Shown one piece after another: positions 62,024 to 64,000 of a stretch of DNA of 64,000 nucleotides. Positions within the stretch are counted from its first letter, which is position 1; each line of letters opens with the position of its first letter. Origin of the DNA: Callorhinchus milii (Eukaryota); contig NW_024704742.1 of the NCBI RefSeq assembly GCF_018977255.1, positions 10,418,001 through 10,482,000 of the forward strand, read 5' to 3'. Both the position numbers and the translations under genes were made by a program. The notes below the pieces were generated by a model that saw only the letters and a list, made by a program, of their open reading frames with translations, searched no databases and was not told the DNA's origin.

Positions 62024-62994
62024 TGAAATCAGCCATTGTTTAACTTGAAAACAAGAACTTTAAATGATCTAAACTGAAGTATGGTTTGAAACGATTGCTA
62101 GATGTCCGTACTCAAGCAATTCCTAACTCAAGCTCACAGTAGGTTCAAAACCATGCCTTCTGGGCCTGTTAGTCCCTCTGCAGGGACTCCAGTCCTAGCA
62201 AGCCTGCAGGGTACACAGACTTCTGCTGTTTTGCTGAAGTCTCCCGATTTTCCTCTCTTTGGCAACAGTCCTTTGAGATCTTGTAATTCTTATTGGGTCT
62301 GTCCTCTGTCTTGCTGGGCCCAAATTTGGGGTTTTGCAGCAGGTTATCCAGCAGGGCAACTCATTATACACACTAATCTGTGTAAGCTTGAAGCTGTGTT
62401 CTGGCACTCCATGGGACAACATTAGTACTGATGTGCTGTGCTACTGGACCACTATATAACTTGCTTGACTTGGAGCTGTTGTATTTAAGCAAGTCCAGTT
62501 CTAACTGTATAGATACAGAAAGCAGCTTAATGACTGAGCAATATAGTAATGTGTTTTTCACATCAGTGACCCCGATCAGTCTTTTCCTTGCAGCCAGAAA
62601 ATTGGAAGTTTCCCAATTAATTTGGAGCTTTTCTGTATTGCTATTCATTCTGTCTTTTAACAGAAGTTTGATATAAGATATGGGTTGTATTTTGCTGAGA
62701 TCTCAGGCTTCTTTTTTTAATGGGGTGGGGGTCCTTTTGTATAATGTATATTTTCTAATAGTTCAACATTTCACAGGTGCAGTTGTATATTTAGAGCTGT
62801 GGGATCATTTTTGGTATTAGTACATTCGATTTGTAAATATCCTTTTTTGGCATGTGAGTGATGCGTATATGTCCTTGTTCAGGTTTGTATTCAAAATATG
62901 CAGTGTTCAGTTTGTGTGATGTGTTTTGCTTTTTGGGGGGTTGGGGGGATAGTGTATATCGTGTTCAATGGGATAAGGTGGTGTATGTGAGTGA

Positions 62995-63231
<237 letters not shown>

Positions 63232-63324
63232 TAATCTGCTATCCATTTTTCAATCAGCTGTGACTCCAGGTCCATTGCTGTCAGCTTGTCTGTCAGACAT
63301 CAAGGCTTGGATGACCGCAAATTT

Positions 63325-63750
63325 ATAATAATAATCCTTGCATTTGATATAGCGTCTTATCACGTGTTTGAGATGTTTGAAAGCTTTTCCCTAAGACTTA
63401 CTGAACCAAACCTGTACGTAACCCGGGTGTCGGGTTTGACCTCCAGCTGACCTTCTTCCCCCACATCTGGTCCCTAACCAAGACTACTTTCCTCCATCCA
63501 CCTTTGTCACATTGCCTGCCTCCAACTGCCCCTTTACGCACTGCACCTCTCTGACTTGCTTTTTCCCCACTCCATTGCCTGCTGCCTCCACTTATGCCTT
63601 CCGCTCCACTATCAGTGGCCTTGTCTTCAGCCACTACATCCCCGAAGCTTTGAAACTCTCTCCTTCAATCCCTCCGTCTTGCCCCCGCCTTCCCCTCTTT
63701 CACTTCACGGCTGAAAACTTCCTCTTCGACCGTGCTTACACAGTCACCTC
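63325..63750. mobile_element. SINE tail (minus, about 63325-63390) and degenerate L2 fragment (plus, about 63400-63750)
   Basis: ataataatccttgcatttgatatagcg; gtacgtaacccgggtgtcgggtttgacc and ctgaaaacttcctcttcgaccg. Confidence 0.65.
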
Positions 63751-64000
63751 TCTACCCCCGATTCAGTATTGTGCTGCATTACTGTTAAGTGCTCAGGCGC
63801 ATCCCGCGTGATTTCAGATTTATTTCAGGAAAGTTAAATGATTACAGAACAATTTAGTTTGCAGTACTTGTAACTTCCAAAACAAAAGTAATAAGTCATG
63901 CTTTGATGTCTTTAAGTAATTTATTAGATTTTGTTTCTTGAAAGAGTTTGATTCCTATTGAAACATGGTTCCACTAGTGCAGGTAGATATTTAATACGTC

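Overview
Vertebrate genomic DNA. The repeat content (abundant L2 and CR1 LINEs, tRNA-headed Deu-domain SINEs) suggests a cartilaginous fish, possibly a chimaera; this is inference. Two intron-containing genes lie in tandem on the + strand, in the same TEX15-PPP2CB order as on human 8p12. (1) TEX15, the germline transposon-silencing factor: four DUF3715/TASOR-like exons (14188-25939), one giant 7.37-kb exon with two TEX15 repeat domains (27116-34487), four downstream exons and an AT-rich putative 3' UTR to about 44160. I could not find its first coding exon. (2) PPP2CB (PP2A catalytic subunit beta): CpG-island promoter and exons 1-4 (51485-63144), continuing past the window end. As written, each gene has a single-base frameshift (TEX15 near 34177-34180, PPP2CB near 59037-59039). 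Both are most likely consensus errors, although the PPP2CB one could formally be rescued by a tandem +4 splice donor. The rest is mostly retroposons. Notable ones are an apparently full-length single-ORF L2 nested in a CR1 with a target-site duplication, two subfamilies of a modular SINE whose 3' hairpins resemble L2 tails, and a roughly 340-bp MITE-like family. I found no clearly new gene system. The most interesting leads are the frameshift/splice-donor configuration, the SINE-LINE tail pairing, a GC-skew switch at about 5.9 kb, and short motifs in TEX15.
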